From Rhina ancylostomus (Eukaryota), in NCBI GenBank assembly GCA_030265395.1, contig JARFYF010000094.1, positions 92,328,721 to 92,392,720 on the forward strand: a stretch of DNA of 64,000 bases, written 5' to 3'. The notes beneath the pieces were generated by a model that was not told the origin of the DNA, did not search any database, and worked only from the letters and a program-made list of their open reading frames with translations. This document shows positions 23,851 to 34,880 of this stretch, piece by piece (within the stretch, counting starts at the first letter, position 1; each line of letters starts with the position of its first letter). Made by a program: the position numbers and the translations under genes.

Positions 23851-24452
23851 TGCTATTGATGCTGATTAAATTGTATAAAATTATACTTAATAAGGCTGCC
23901 AATTCTCCATTAAAATGTAATAAATCTAGCACATTATAAAAATATTCTCATGAGATTATCAGTAACCCTAATAGTTTTATTATTTCACATTTATTGCCTT
24001 CTGTCGTGCCAAGCCCATTTCTTTACTTTTAAGGTGTAATTGCAAGGGGCTTCCTTAATTTATAGCCAGGTCGGAAATCCCAGCCAATCATAAGTCAAGA
24101 AAGTTACTTCAATGTAATCATGCCATAATTCACGCCCACTGCCTACAGCAGAATATTGATACATTACCCTCTCAAATAACAATACTGTCTCCCACAGCAG
24201 AGCTGCATGCAGAGACAGACACGGGAGAAAGAAGGTGATTGACTTTTGCAGACAGAAAACGTGTTATATATTAGCCTTGTCAGCCATCATAAAGTATTCC
24301 CCTAAGTATCGGTAAATGTGCAATCTGTCCGCTTTCTTGCACAGTCCCCCATCCTCCCAGCAGCACTGCCATTCTAACTCAACAGCATTCAGCTCTTAAC
24401 AGCTGCTTAAAGCTGATACAAGCACTTCTATCTCTCAGCAGGCAATTCTTAC

Positions 24453-24651
24453 ATAACCATTTATTTTTCCAGATTTTTTTTAAAGAGCCTGCAGGATTTA
24501 ATTATGTATACAGACACTCCTATAAACCCTATTCTGAGAGCTTTATTGACTTTTCACTGTGCCTGCATATTCCTACAATTAAACCAAATAAAACTTTCCA
24601 TTTCTGCCAAACCTTGCTCAGGTTTTTGTTTGCTGTAATAACACTATCCAG
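24453..24651 (-). pseudogene. Pseudo-exon resembling an RGSL1 C-terminal segment
   Basis: LDSVITANKNLSKVWQKWKVLFGLIVGICRHSEKSIKLSE*GL*ECLYT*LNP recalls RGSL1 KKGWMRMISFIRSFCKYRR...QEFEDYLHQEM; donor T|GTAAGA; acceptor uncertain. Confidence 0.4.
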
Positions 24652-25184
24652 CTCAAATAGATAATAGCTATCAGGAACAGCTGGGTTTTTACTGCACCTT
24701 AATCTTATAGGCAATCAATTGGACCCCTTCGTCTCAGAATCTAGTACAAATCCTGCCTAGTTTCCTGGACTGTTGAAGTGACAAAGGCAGTGACAAGGGT
24801 AAAGGAAAATGACACCCCTCGTCCAGGTTTTAATATTGCTGTTGTGGAAGGCTGTGCAAGGTGTGATTGGTCTGCATTTTCAGAAGGCTGCTGTCTAACC
24901 TGGATCTGGGCAGTGTTGTGTTTTCACTTTCCTGTTCAATAACAGCTACTGAGTGCTACCAAACGCTGTCTGGCTGACTGATGACCAGTTATGCCGGGTT
25001 TCGCGACAAGGGGAGCTGGAGGCAGAGAGGGGGAGGGAGAGATAGCTGTTGCCTTTGTCTACTTTCTCTAGTGCGATTCTGTGGTATTTACAAGACTCCT
25101 GCTACCCCCCATTCAATGCAGCGTGCGACATTTCATACACAGCGGGCAGTCACAGGCACTCCAGGCCCGTCTGTGGAAACCTAC

Positions 25185-25270
25185 CTCTTTTTCATACATC
25201 TCCAGCAGAATTATGCACCTCAACTGCTCTCTTAAGCTATTCTAATTTCCCTTCCCCTCTTTAAGCTGCC
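25185..25270 (-). pseudogene. Pseudo-exon
   Basis: Acceptor catactcatggctcacag, strong donor GAG|GTAGGT; QLKEGKGN*NSLREQLRCIILLEMYEKE, phase 1 to 0. Confidence 0.4.
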
Positions 25271-25764
25271 CTGTGAGCCATGAGTATGCATTAAAATCTC
25301 CCTAAAACAGTTACCCAGAGGCAATGTAATTCCAAAACAAGCACCTAACACTTCACAGCTAAGAAATAATGGATTAATTTGAACCTAATGTCGCCCCAGT
25401 TTACTGCTCCAAATGTTCTGCACCAGACATAGCCTGGAGGCATAGTGCTGTGGCATGAGCACAACTCCTGGAACCGCAGCTACAGTTGGCTTAACATCTG
25501 TGCTTCACATTTACCATGTGCCTCATTATCCTGTGCCCCACTGTGCCTACCTGTCCCAATCAAGCTTCTCAGCCACAGGCTATCCAATTTTTTCCCAACT
25601 AAGAATCTTTGTTCTCTTTCTCACTTACTAAATTTCTGAGAGACCTCTGCACCCTTAGCAGTAGGGGTTTCTGTCCAGGCATACCTTATGTGTTCTGGAG
25701 ACTCTGAACATTTCTTTAATAAACAGAGAGAGGGAAAAAAAAGCGAAACATAAAATGCTCCAAC

Positions 25765-25816
25765 CTGTCACTAAATAAATCTCTCCCTTTTTTTTCCGCT
25801 GGTTCTAATACGAGGC
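25765..25816 (-). pseudogene. Short pseudo-exon candidate
   Basis: Acceptor ctttctgatgtgtttcag, donor ACAG|GTTGGA, 52 bp; the phase 0 to 1 reading (one stop) is compatible with the next segment. Confidence 0.3.
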
Positions 25817-27869
25817 CTGAACACATCAGAAAGTTGTTTGTTTGACTTTATAGGGCTGATTTATTTTGAGAGTGTGAAGTGTGAACACTGGGATCAGCAA
25901 GCACACATTTCTGAGCTGAAGAAACCAGAGAAATGATTAGTGCCTACTTTTCAAATGAAAATATTTTTTCTGAATAGTAAATGTTTTTACTGGGCACCAC
26001 CTGATTTAACTTGAAGCACTCGTCTGCAGTGAGGCCGTGAAGTTTAAAATATTTGTCACTAAAGCCAATTAAAATATAAAAATGAATTAAAGATGCACAA
26101 ATATGCACTAAAGTACCATGTGAGTTATAATAGATACATTGTTGAAGTGTTGTAATTACAGCATGAGGTTTGGGTTCTGGAGGTTAGCTCAACACAAAGA
26201 TCTAGATCCAATGTTATACCGTATAATGTTTACATAAGATGTATGGAACTGATCAAGTGACATTAATTTGGTGATATCATTATGCCAGGACATTGAATAA
26301 TTATGCTTACTTGGAAAACTTTAAATAACATTTCCAATGCTGATGTGAAAATATGATAAAAATGTACAAATCACTTAATTAGTACTTTTTCTTCTATGTC
26401 GACACACTTGGCACTCCCAAGATGGTGACCATTATGACTTTTTTTCAGGTGGTTGTAAAAAAAAACTAGTTTCCATCTGGTTTATATCAATAGTAGGGCA
26501 AAGGTATTCTCCTGTTTCAGTTTCTGTTTATCACCAATCTACCCATGTACCAAGTGCATGCATTTCTGTCTCTGTTTGTTACATATTCATTTGACAAAAT
26601 GGTCCTAGCAATTGCTCAAGATTCCTTCACCTCAAAACCAAATTAAAATTAGAGCATGAATGGTGTAGGTATTCAGTTTTGCTGTGTCTTCCTTGTTAAT
26701 TCTCTTCCTGTGCACACCCATGGCTCAAAGCAACAGAATGATTCACGGAGGAGTGTTCTGTGTAGCTTTTATTGAAGGGCAGTAGCTGTATAGGCTCAGT
26801 GTTATTTTTGTCTCATTACACATGCCCATAAGCAGAAGGAACAAAAAGGGCAACGCTTTCTGTGAAGGCTGTATGACATTAAAAACTCCTGAGAAAAAGG
26901 GAACATCTCATTTGATGTAACTTCTGTTAAAAAAAAATCAACAAAGTCTTTACAAAACAGAAACAAAGCTAATCTTGCTGCTCACCTGAATAACTCTAAC
27001 TCTTATTTATTAATGAATAGTCTCTGTGTAGTTAGATAGTTTGTATTATACAGGAGGCTTCTTGCAATCTATTTCTCCAGTTCCTATTCCATCCTTCATC
27101 AACAGTATAAAAAAGACTAACTTCAACCACTCATCCCACTCAATGTTCCATCCAGCCCCTAAAATTTAATTGAAGGTGGCAGTCTCTTGTGCAACAAACA
27201 CAGTCAGTTAACTGAATATTTAAAGAACAGTGGAAACAAACTGCATTATCATCTTCTGCCTGCTAAAGCAAGATAATTTTTTTCAGAATATTGCAATAAG
27301 TGGAGGATAGTTACATACAGATTATGTGCAAAACAAAATCAGTTGTAAGTCACTTACTACAGTGTGATCACGAAGCTTGATTGACAAGGGAATTCCCCAG
27401 TCATCTTCACTCTGTTTATCACATTACCACCACATGCAGCCTATTTAAAAATAAGTTTATTCCTAAATGATAGGTCAGAGGTGTTTAAAATGGCTGTTTC
27501 ATTGTGCTAAGCTCATTTTTGGCTTTAGTAGTAAAACAGTTATCATTCTTAAATATGATGACCTCTAAAAGAACAAATGCAACAATTACATTCTCAATCA
27601 TTCTCCAATTGTATTAGTTCATGAATGAATACATATGTGATTTTGACTGAAAATCTGACCAAAACTTCAATTTTAAAAGTTGTTGGAGTTTGATGTGTTA
27701 TTTGCACTGATGGCCAAATTCTCCCAAAATGGAAATGCTACCCTATTACCGATTGGTGGAATCTTGCTGAGTGCAGATTGGCTCCATTCCTTCACAAAGT
27801 GAAGGTGCATTGCAAAGCAGGCATAATTTAAATGAATGGCAAACCATACTTGATGGCTGAATAGTTTAC

Positions 27870-28073
27870 TCATCTTCTTCAATCTTCCTTGCAACATTAC
27901 AGCAGTGACTACAATGGTTGGTAAGAGCTAAATAAATGTACATTCTTCTGGTGAAGGAGGCGATAAAAGTTTTGAATGCAGTAGGTAATTTTACTTGTAA
28001 TGAGGTGAAGTTATCATCAAGGTTAGATAAACTGAGAGGAGGTGATAACATTTCTTGCCCATTTCCAATTCCT
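27870..28073 (-). pseudogene. Exon-like segment, open frame
   Basis: Acceptor tcttttactgcatcag, donor GA|GTAAAC, 204 bp phase 2-2. GIGNGQEMLSPPLSLSNLDDNFTSLQVKLPTAFKTFIASFTRRMYIYLALTNHCSHCCNVARKIEED (AFKTFI resembles RGS F..FL). Confidence 0.5.
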
Positions 28074-28440
28074 CTGATGCAGTAAAAGATTGTAATGAGT
28101 AACATTAGATCGATTTAAAGCACAAGCATTCAGCTTTTCACCAAGATGTCTGGAATTACTGAGGAGAAGCAAATTCTGCTGTCTTCTCAACTATGCTTGA
28201 GGAAGTGCTACAAAAGTGTCTCCTTGTTGTAGTACAATCTATTACTGCAGTAGAGAGGTAAGGCTTTCAAACTAGCTCTTTAATGGAGCTTCACTTGAGT
28301 GGACTCTGTTAACCACCAAGAAGTCACCATTTCCTGGCTTTAATGCTTGCAAAGCATTACCCACCATCATAATAATGTTTTAAAGTCAACTGGTCAGCCA
28401 CAAAAAATACACATCACAACCAATTTGTGGAAAATTTCAC

Positions 28441-28718
28441 CTTTCAAAGCATTGTTTTCAAAAATCAGATGAGTAGCAAAGGAACAGGAAGCATAATTCC
28501 CTTGTTTGCAAACATAGACTGTATTTGTAGACCAACCAGTTAACTTGATTGTGTTGTATAAGCTGATGTTTAACTGGTTTTTATTAGATGTTTGAACTGT
28601 GATAGCTCTGCAACTTTTGCTTCCTGTAAACATTTTATTCAATAAACATGGAGAACTGCGTATACCACAAGATGCTACTGTATAATGCACTCCTTCAAAG
28701 TAATTTGTGTACAAATGG
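28441..28718 (-). pseudogene. Exon-like segment, open frame
   Basis: Acceptor gaacttttcag; HLYTNYFEGVHYTVASCGIRSS...FENNALK; donor AAAG|GTGAAA; HLYTNYF resembles RGS IY..Y. Confidence 0.45.
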
Positions 28719-29029
28719 CTGAAAAGTTCAATTCCACAATGTTGTGAGTGTGTATTTATTTAACAAACTCGTGGGAGGATTGTAAAGATGCAAAACCGCA
28801 GTTCTTCTCAAAAAGATCAATCAACTAAAAATGATATTGACTAGTATTCACACCAACTCACTGAGCTAAATGGTTGTTGATTACACATGCGCAATGACTT
28901 CACTGCCCAATGACTGCGATCTCAATGAGGTAGTTGATTAATGTTCACATTAAACTTAATGCTTTTGCTGACTAGTGATCACACCAGTTCGATTATTTCA
29001 GGTAACAAGTGGCTAATACTCTCACCGTG

Positions 29030-29500
29030 ACACCTCTTTTTTAATTTGGTGCCATTTCAATTGTCATCCATGCATCTGTTACCTCTGGACTTGACTTTCT
29101 CATGCACTCCTGGCTGACTTCCCTTGTTCTACTCTCTGGAAATTTGAGGCTACCGTCCATGTCTTAACTTACATTAGGTTCTGTTCTATGCACTGACCTC
29201 CAATGGTTCCTGGATAGGGAATACTGCAATTTTAAAATTGTCACCCTTGTTTACAAACCCCTCCGTGATCTCATCCCTTAAACTTCCTCTGATCCAACAA
29301 TCCCCTGAAATGACTACATTCCTATAACTTCAGTCTGTTGATCATCCCCAAACTTAAGGGTTCCACCACATGTGTCTATACTATCAGTCATCACGGCCCT
29401 AGGCTCGGGAAGTCCAACCCCTAAACAGCTCTGCCATTGTATCGTTCTTTCCTCCTTTAAGAAGCTCCTTAAAATAGAATTTGATCATCTGCTCTAATAG
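29030..29500 (+). mobile_element. L2 LINE ORF2 3' fragment
   Basis: atccatgcatctgttacctctggacttgacttt...ctcctggctgacttccct resembles IHAFVTSRLDY...LLAGLP; followed by tttaaaattgtcacccttgtttacaaa (FKIVTLVYK). Confidence 0.7.
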
Positions 29501-29602
29501 TTCCTTAACAAACAACTACAGATGCTGGAAAGTTAACAAAACCCTAGAAAATTCTTGCAATATTTAGTTGGCCAGGAAGCTTCCTTGGAGAGAGAAATAA
29601 GG

Positions 29603-29856
29603 GATATAGATATTTATTTATTAGTCACATGTACATCGAAACACACAGTAAAATACATCTTTTTGTGTTGCTAAGAATGTGCTGGGGCCAGCCCGCAAGT
29701 GTTGCCACTCTTCCGGTGCCAATATAACAAGCCCACAACTCCTAACCTGTATGTCTTTGGAATGTGGGAGGAAACCCACGCAGACAAGGGGAGAACATAC
29801 AAACTCCTTACAGGCAGCAGCGGGAATTGAACCCAGGTTGCTGGTGCTGTAATAGT
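29603..29856 (-). mobile_element. Young tRNA-derived SINE inserted in a Penelope-derived repeat
   Basis: Same family as 13348. Flanks 29515-29600 and 29870-29940 are the two halves of a cagatgctggaa.../...cctactgagtgcttccaacattttctg element. Confidence 0.85.
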
Positions 29857-30559
29857 ATGATGGACTTTCATGATTGACCCAAAATGTTATAGATGCTGGC
29901 TGGCCTACTGAGTGCTTCCAACATTTTCTGTTTTTCTTTCTAATATTTCCATATATTTTTGGTGTTATATTGGATAACACTTGCGTGAAACAACAAATGT
30001 TCTGCAGGCTGTTGTTGTTTCAGTATTTATACACCTTTAATAAACTGGGACCGTATATTGCAGGAGTGTAGTTAAAAAGTAAAAGAGGAATAAAGTTACC
30101 TATTGGTGGTAAACTCATCCTTCTACTTTTGTTTATTTGTGAGGTAGATTGGTTAGTGAAATCCTGAATTATCCTGTCATTTTGAATCGTGATTGCTCAA
30201 CCATTTTGCAGAACTGAAAATCATTATTGCTATGAAGCACGGTGTAGAACTCCCTCAACATAATAAAGACTGGGCCACAGGGATTTATGAAAACATCAGG
30301 AAAAAGCCCTCGCCATCTATTCAAAGCAAACATTTACTCTTACAATTATGATGCATCTCATAAAGCATCCACTTATCCCATGATGTCCTTGGAAGTGACG
30401 GGGGGATTGTTGAAATTCCCATATACAAATCAAACATGTGCTCATGTTATAAGCCTGGAAAATTTAAGCTAGGAATCCTCTTTCTTTTCCTTGTTTATAA
30501 AGACCAATGCTCTAATTCAGGAGCAAGGAGTACAGGCTATCTCTTTCCTTTGTTTAGCA

Positions 30560-30760
30560 GAATGACAGGGAATGAGAACATTCATCAGTCTGTCAAGTCC
30601 ATACAAGTCCCACTCCATGTCATCTCCCCATAGACCTGCAAAATTTTCTCTTTTGGATACTTAACTAGCTCCCTTTAGAATTCTTCAATTGAGTCTGCCT
30701 CCTCTGCCGTCCCTGCCAGTATATTCCAAGTCCCAACTAGCATTTCCATGAGTGGGAGAG
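30560..30760 (-). mobile_element. CR1 3' fragment
   Basis: acattcatcagtctgtcaagtcc...ttgagtctgcctcc...tattccaagtccc. Confidence 0.45.
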
Positions 30761-30884
30761 TTTTGAACAAGTGGACATATNNNNNNNNNNNNNNNNNNNN
30801 NNNNNNNNNNNNNNNNNNNNNNNNNNNNNNNNNNNNNNNNNNNNNNNNNNNNNNNNNNNNNNNNNNNNNNNNNNNNNNNNTATT

Positions 30885-31135
30885 TAAAAGATAAGGGGGC
30901 AGTCATTTAAAACAGAAATTACTTTTCGCAGAGCAGTGGTGAATCTTTGGAATTCTCTATCCCAGAGGGTTGTGGTGGCTTGGTCACTGGAGTTATTTAA
31001 AGTGGTGGTAGATAATGTTTTGAAAGATTAGAGAATTGAGAGCTATAGGGAAGAGATGAGGTAGAACAGCTGTGGTCATATTGAATGGCAGGGATGCCTG
31101 AGGGGTCAGGTGGCCTCCTCTTGCTCCTATTTTCC
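30885..31135 (+). mobile_element. CR1 3' fragment
   Basis: gcagagcagtggtgaatctttggaattctctatcccagagggttgtgg...ttgaatggcaggg...ggcctcctcttgctcctattt. Confidence 0.8.
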
Positions 31136-31169
31136 TTTTGGCCTTGTGCCCTAACCAGTTTCAATGTAA

Positions 31170-31490
31170 AAGAAGAATCTTCATGCCAGTTTTGGTTCTT
31201 TTGCCAGTCACTTTCACTCTCCATTGCCAGTATCGTTGCTGATGGGAGGAGATTCCATCTACTCTGCCTTCTTAAATACCTCCTATCAGATCTTCTGACG
31301 CCTTCTATTTCCAAGAGCAACATCAGCTTCTCCAGTCTACCACCTCAGTAAAGTCCCTCATCCATGGAATCAATTTGGTAAATTTCTTCTGCACTTTCTC
31401 CGAAACATTTGCACATCTAAAGTGTGGCACATAGAACTGGACACAATACTTCAGTTATGGCCAAATCAGTGTTTAATAAAGGTTCATCAT
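31170..31490 (-). mobile_element. CR1 ORF2 fragment
   Basis: tccaagagcaacatcagcttctcc...aaatttcttctgcactttctc...agaactggacacaatacttc (reverse of LEYCVQF...LE.VQ.KF). Confidence 0.7.
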
Positions 31491-31495
31491 GACGT

Positions 31496-31640
31496 AAAAA
31501 CAGAAAATGCTGGAAACACTCTGCAGGTCAGGCAGCATCTGTGGAAAAAATTAATGTTTCAGGTTGAAGACCCTTCATCAGTGTGTTGATGTTTCCAGCA
31601 TTGTCTGTTTTTATTTCAGGATTTCCAGCACCTGCAACTT
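31496..31640. mobile_element. Penelope-derived inverted-repeat element containing a hammerhead core
   Basis: aaaacagaaaatgctggaaaca at the left is inverted as tgtttccagcattgtctgtttt at the right; minus 31581-31552 = CTGATGA agggtcttcaacct GAAA catta. Confidence 0.65.
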
Positions 31641-34449
31641 TTTTTTTGCTTCTCATTACTTCATTGCTCTTTTACTCCATGCCTCTAGTATTAAAATGCA
31701 GGATCCAGTTTGCTTCTCTTGCATTTTCAATGGCCAATGCACATACACTCCAGACCTCTCCGTTTCTTGTACCATTTTTAGAATTGTGCCCTCTAGCTTA
31801 TGTCGCCAGATATGGTTAAGAATATTGAATGAAAAGAATAAAGACAATCTTTGTTTAAAAAGAACACAAGGTTATTGGAAAGCAAGCTCTTAACTGCCTC
31901 TACATTAAATGGACAATAGCTTCAGATACATCACTTGATGTGTCAACCGCTGTCTCTTTAGGGTTCTGCTATCAGTTCCCCTTTTGTTGCTGCTGATGCA
32001 AACTAAATGGCAGCATTGTCATTGATGTACCTTTTTAAAGCACAACGCATTTCATTCTTTACCACTTTTCACTTCAAGGATCATAAACAGCTCACTGTGA
32101 GTCACTGCAGCATCTTACTCGATGGGAACTCATCAAATATTCTATAAGCAGACTTTCCAGACACTTGTTTCCACTTTTGAGTTTTTCCATTAAATTTCTG
32201 TGGTACTTTGTGTAGTACTGTCTAGCTGTTTGAAAGACGTTATGTCACTATAATGTTTATTAGTGTGCTGGCCTTAAGCCCTTGCTTCATGCCTGGGCCA
32301 GATCTATTCACCACTGGCAGCATGCCTGGGTGATCTTTTGGGGCTTTAAACTAGGAATAGATTTAAGGATTTGAACTAAATCCTACATGAGACAGAAAGA
32401 GCCCACAGTTAGCATGAGGACGAAAGGAATAGACAGAGGAAGCTAGGCTTTAAGATTTCACCAGGTTTCATTGTCTCACTGCAAAACTGATATAAACTGG
32501 TTCATAGAAATGTGGCGTTTTCCATCAACAACAGCCAAACAAAACTGGCCTCAACGAGGGGCTGTTCTTGTTTTTTCAGCACTGTTTTTCACGTGAGTGA
32601 ATGTCAGGAAATTAAACTGGACCACAGCCCTACCCTTGTCTTGTACCTCTAAATGTACTTTTTTGGGAAGCTCAGGCAATATCAATTGTGACCTCTCAAC
32701 CTTTCGTTGCAAAAGCATGATAATTATATTCTGGTTTTTGCAATTTAAATTCACTTTGTGAAAATACCACAAGTGCACTAGAGTCTCTTCACTGGTGAGA
32801 AAAAGTGGCTAACCTTAATTAGCCAGTCACATTCCAGCAAGATGACATCCATCACCCTGCTCCTTCAATGTTCTTCACTTGGCTTCAGTAGTCACTCTGC
32901 CAACATTGAAATAAACAAAATAAAACAGGAAGTGCTGGGAATACTTAAAAAATCATGAAGGGCACAAGGAGAGAGAAAGGTAATGTTTCAGGGTGATGAC
33001 CTACCATTGGACTTGTTAAAAGTCAGACGTCAACCAGGATTTAAGATGCAGAGAAAGTGATCAGGATGGGAGGCGGGGAGAGAACAGAAGGGAAGGTCTG
33101 TGATAAAGGGCAGAAAAAAATAAGTGACTAAGAGAAGTGGTAGAACATAGTGAAACAGGATGGCAGAATGGTAAAGACAATAGTGAAGGACACAGCTTTG
33201 GGCTTGACACGGTGTAAACATATGAGAAACCACCGTGAAAGAAACTGAATTTCTAACATAATGCCATCACCGGACACCTTCTCCTCCCCTTTCTTTTCCA
33301 GCATGTTTGATTTTATTTAAGAGTCGCAGAATTTGCAGTAATGGTTTTTTGAATAAGACACAGTTGCTATTAATAAACTAAGCAATAGATGTGGATAATC
33401 TGGGTTTGGACACATTCACAGAGTTGCTATTCTTGTGGGAGTTTTTTTTTACAGAATTTTTCTGCTTAAATGTTTTGAACTACNNNNNNNNNNNNNNNNN
33501 NNNNNNNNNNNNNNNNNNNNNNNNNNNNNNNNNNNNNNNNNNNNNNNNNNNNNNNNNNNNNNNNNNNNNNNNNNNNNNNNNNNTTTTGAACTACATCAGG
33601 ATAAATCCTTCCCACCAGCTGAGATGACCCATGTTCGTACATAGCTCAGTCAGCAGTGTCTCATGACTCCTGATTAGGTCCCCGACAGTCAACTACTGAG
33701 TATACACTTTTCATTTGTGAACCCAGCATTTTCAATCTCAGGGTGTCTAATGAGACGTGGTTGAGGTAATTAATATTTTGGACTTTTTTGAAACTCTGAA
33801 TTCAGGTGAATCTTTGCCAAAATATGTACCTGATGCCCCCAACACAGGAGAATGTGAAATACAACCAAATCATTTGAGGAGATATGCAAAACCTCTTAAT
33901 ATAATATTTGTGCCATTTGTGACAATCCCAACCACATAAGTAAACATCTATTAATCTCTGCGTAAGTCACTTTCCCCCATACGGTATACAGACCAAAGAC
34001 ACTGCTATCCCCACAGATTGTTGGACTTCTGCACAGGATTTTATGCTACATTCCCCTTGTTTAGGCACTATTGGTGCCAATTTGATGTATGATGTGCTTC
34101 TATCTTTGAAGAACAAGTCATGCTGCATTGGAGTGCTTGCATGCGGGGCCCTCTGAGCTGTTTCATATGTGCAAGTCAGACAGATTGTGTATCAACAGCA
34201 CATGCAGAAATTAAAGGAATCATCAATTACTGACAACTTAGTTGCTAATCTTTTCTCATTAGTTGCTGATTTTAATGGAATATTTGGTGCTTCCAGATCA
34301 TAGCGACTTCAGGTAGACATGTGTCTGGAGCTCAACGAGTTTGTGTTGACTTTGAAGCTGATTAAGACACTACTGTTCCCACACAAGATATTTTATTTGC
34401 TATCCCTCTTGCAAGGAGGATAGGAAAGGGCATATAAAGGAAGATAATG

Positions 34450-34880
34450 CAAGAAGAGGGCGCTTGAACAGAAGGAAGGGGAAAAGGCCACATCTACCAT
34501 GTGTCTTCTGGGGAAATTCTCCTCTGTCCATCTCAGTGAATGACAATGCTTGAGGTGCCAGAAATTCACACAGGAGAAGATCCACACAGAAATATGCCTT
34601 ATGTTCCGACCACACTCCAACTGTATAACCTTACATGGACCCCTTTGCCAACGCACATCAGGAGCATGGTGGCCATGATCTTCCACACATTGAGCTTCTA
34701 CCAAGCTGAAGCTGGAGATACCTGCATTATTCACAGACATTATTTTAAGAGAGCTGAAATCATCTCATTCTACCATGCCACAGAATAGCAATGGAATAAG
34801 GCTTTGTCTAGACTGCAACATTTCCAATATGGCAAGGTGCCATTAGTTGCACTTGGATCACTAGAAGTGCCCTGCATGTC
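34450..34880 (+). mobile_element. Decayed PIF/Harbinger transposase fragment
   Basis: HLSE*QCLRCQKFTQEKIHTEICLM, LSFYQ..AGDTC and tttccaatatggcaaggtgccattagttgcac (FP..QGAI.CT) match HARBI1-like transposase motifs. Confidence 0.65.
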
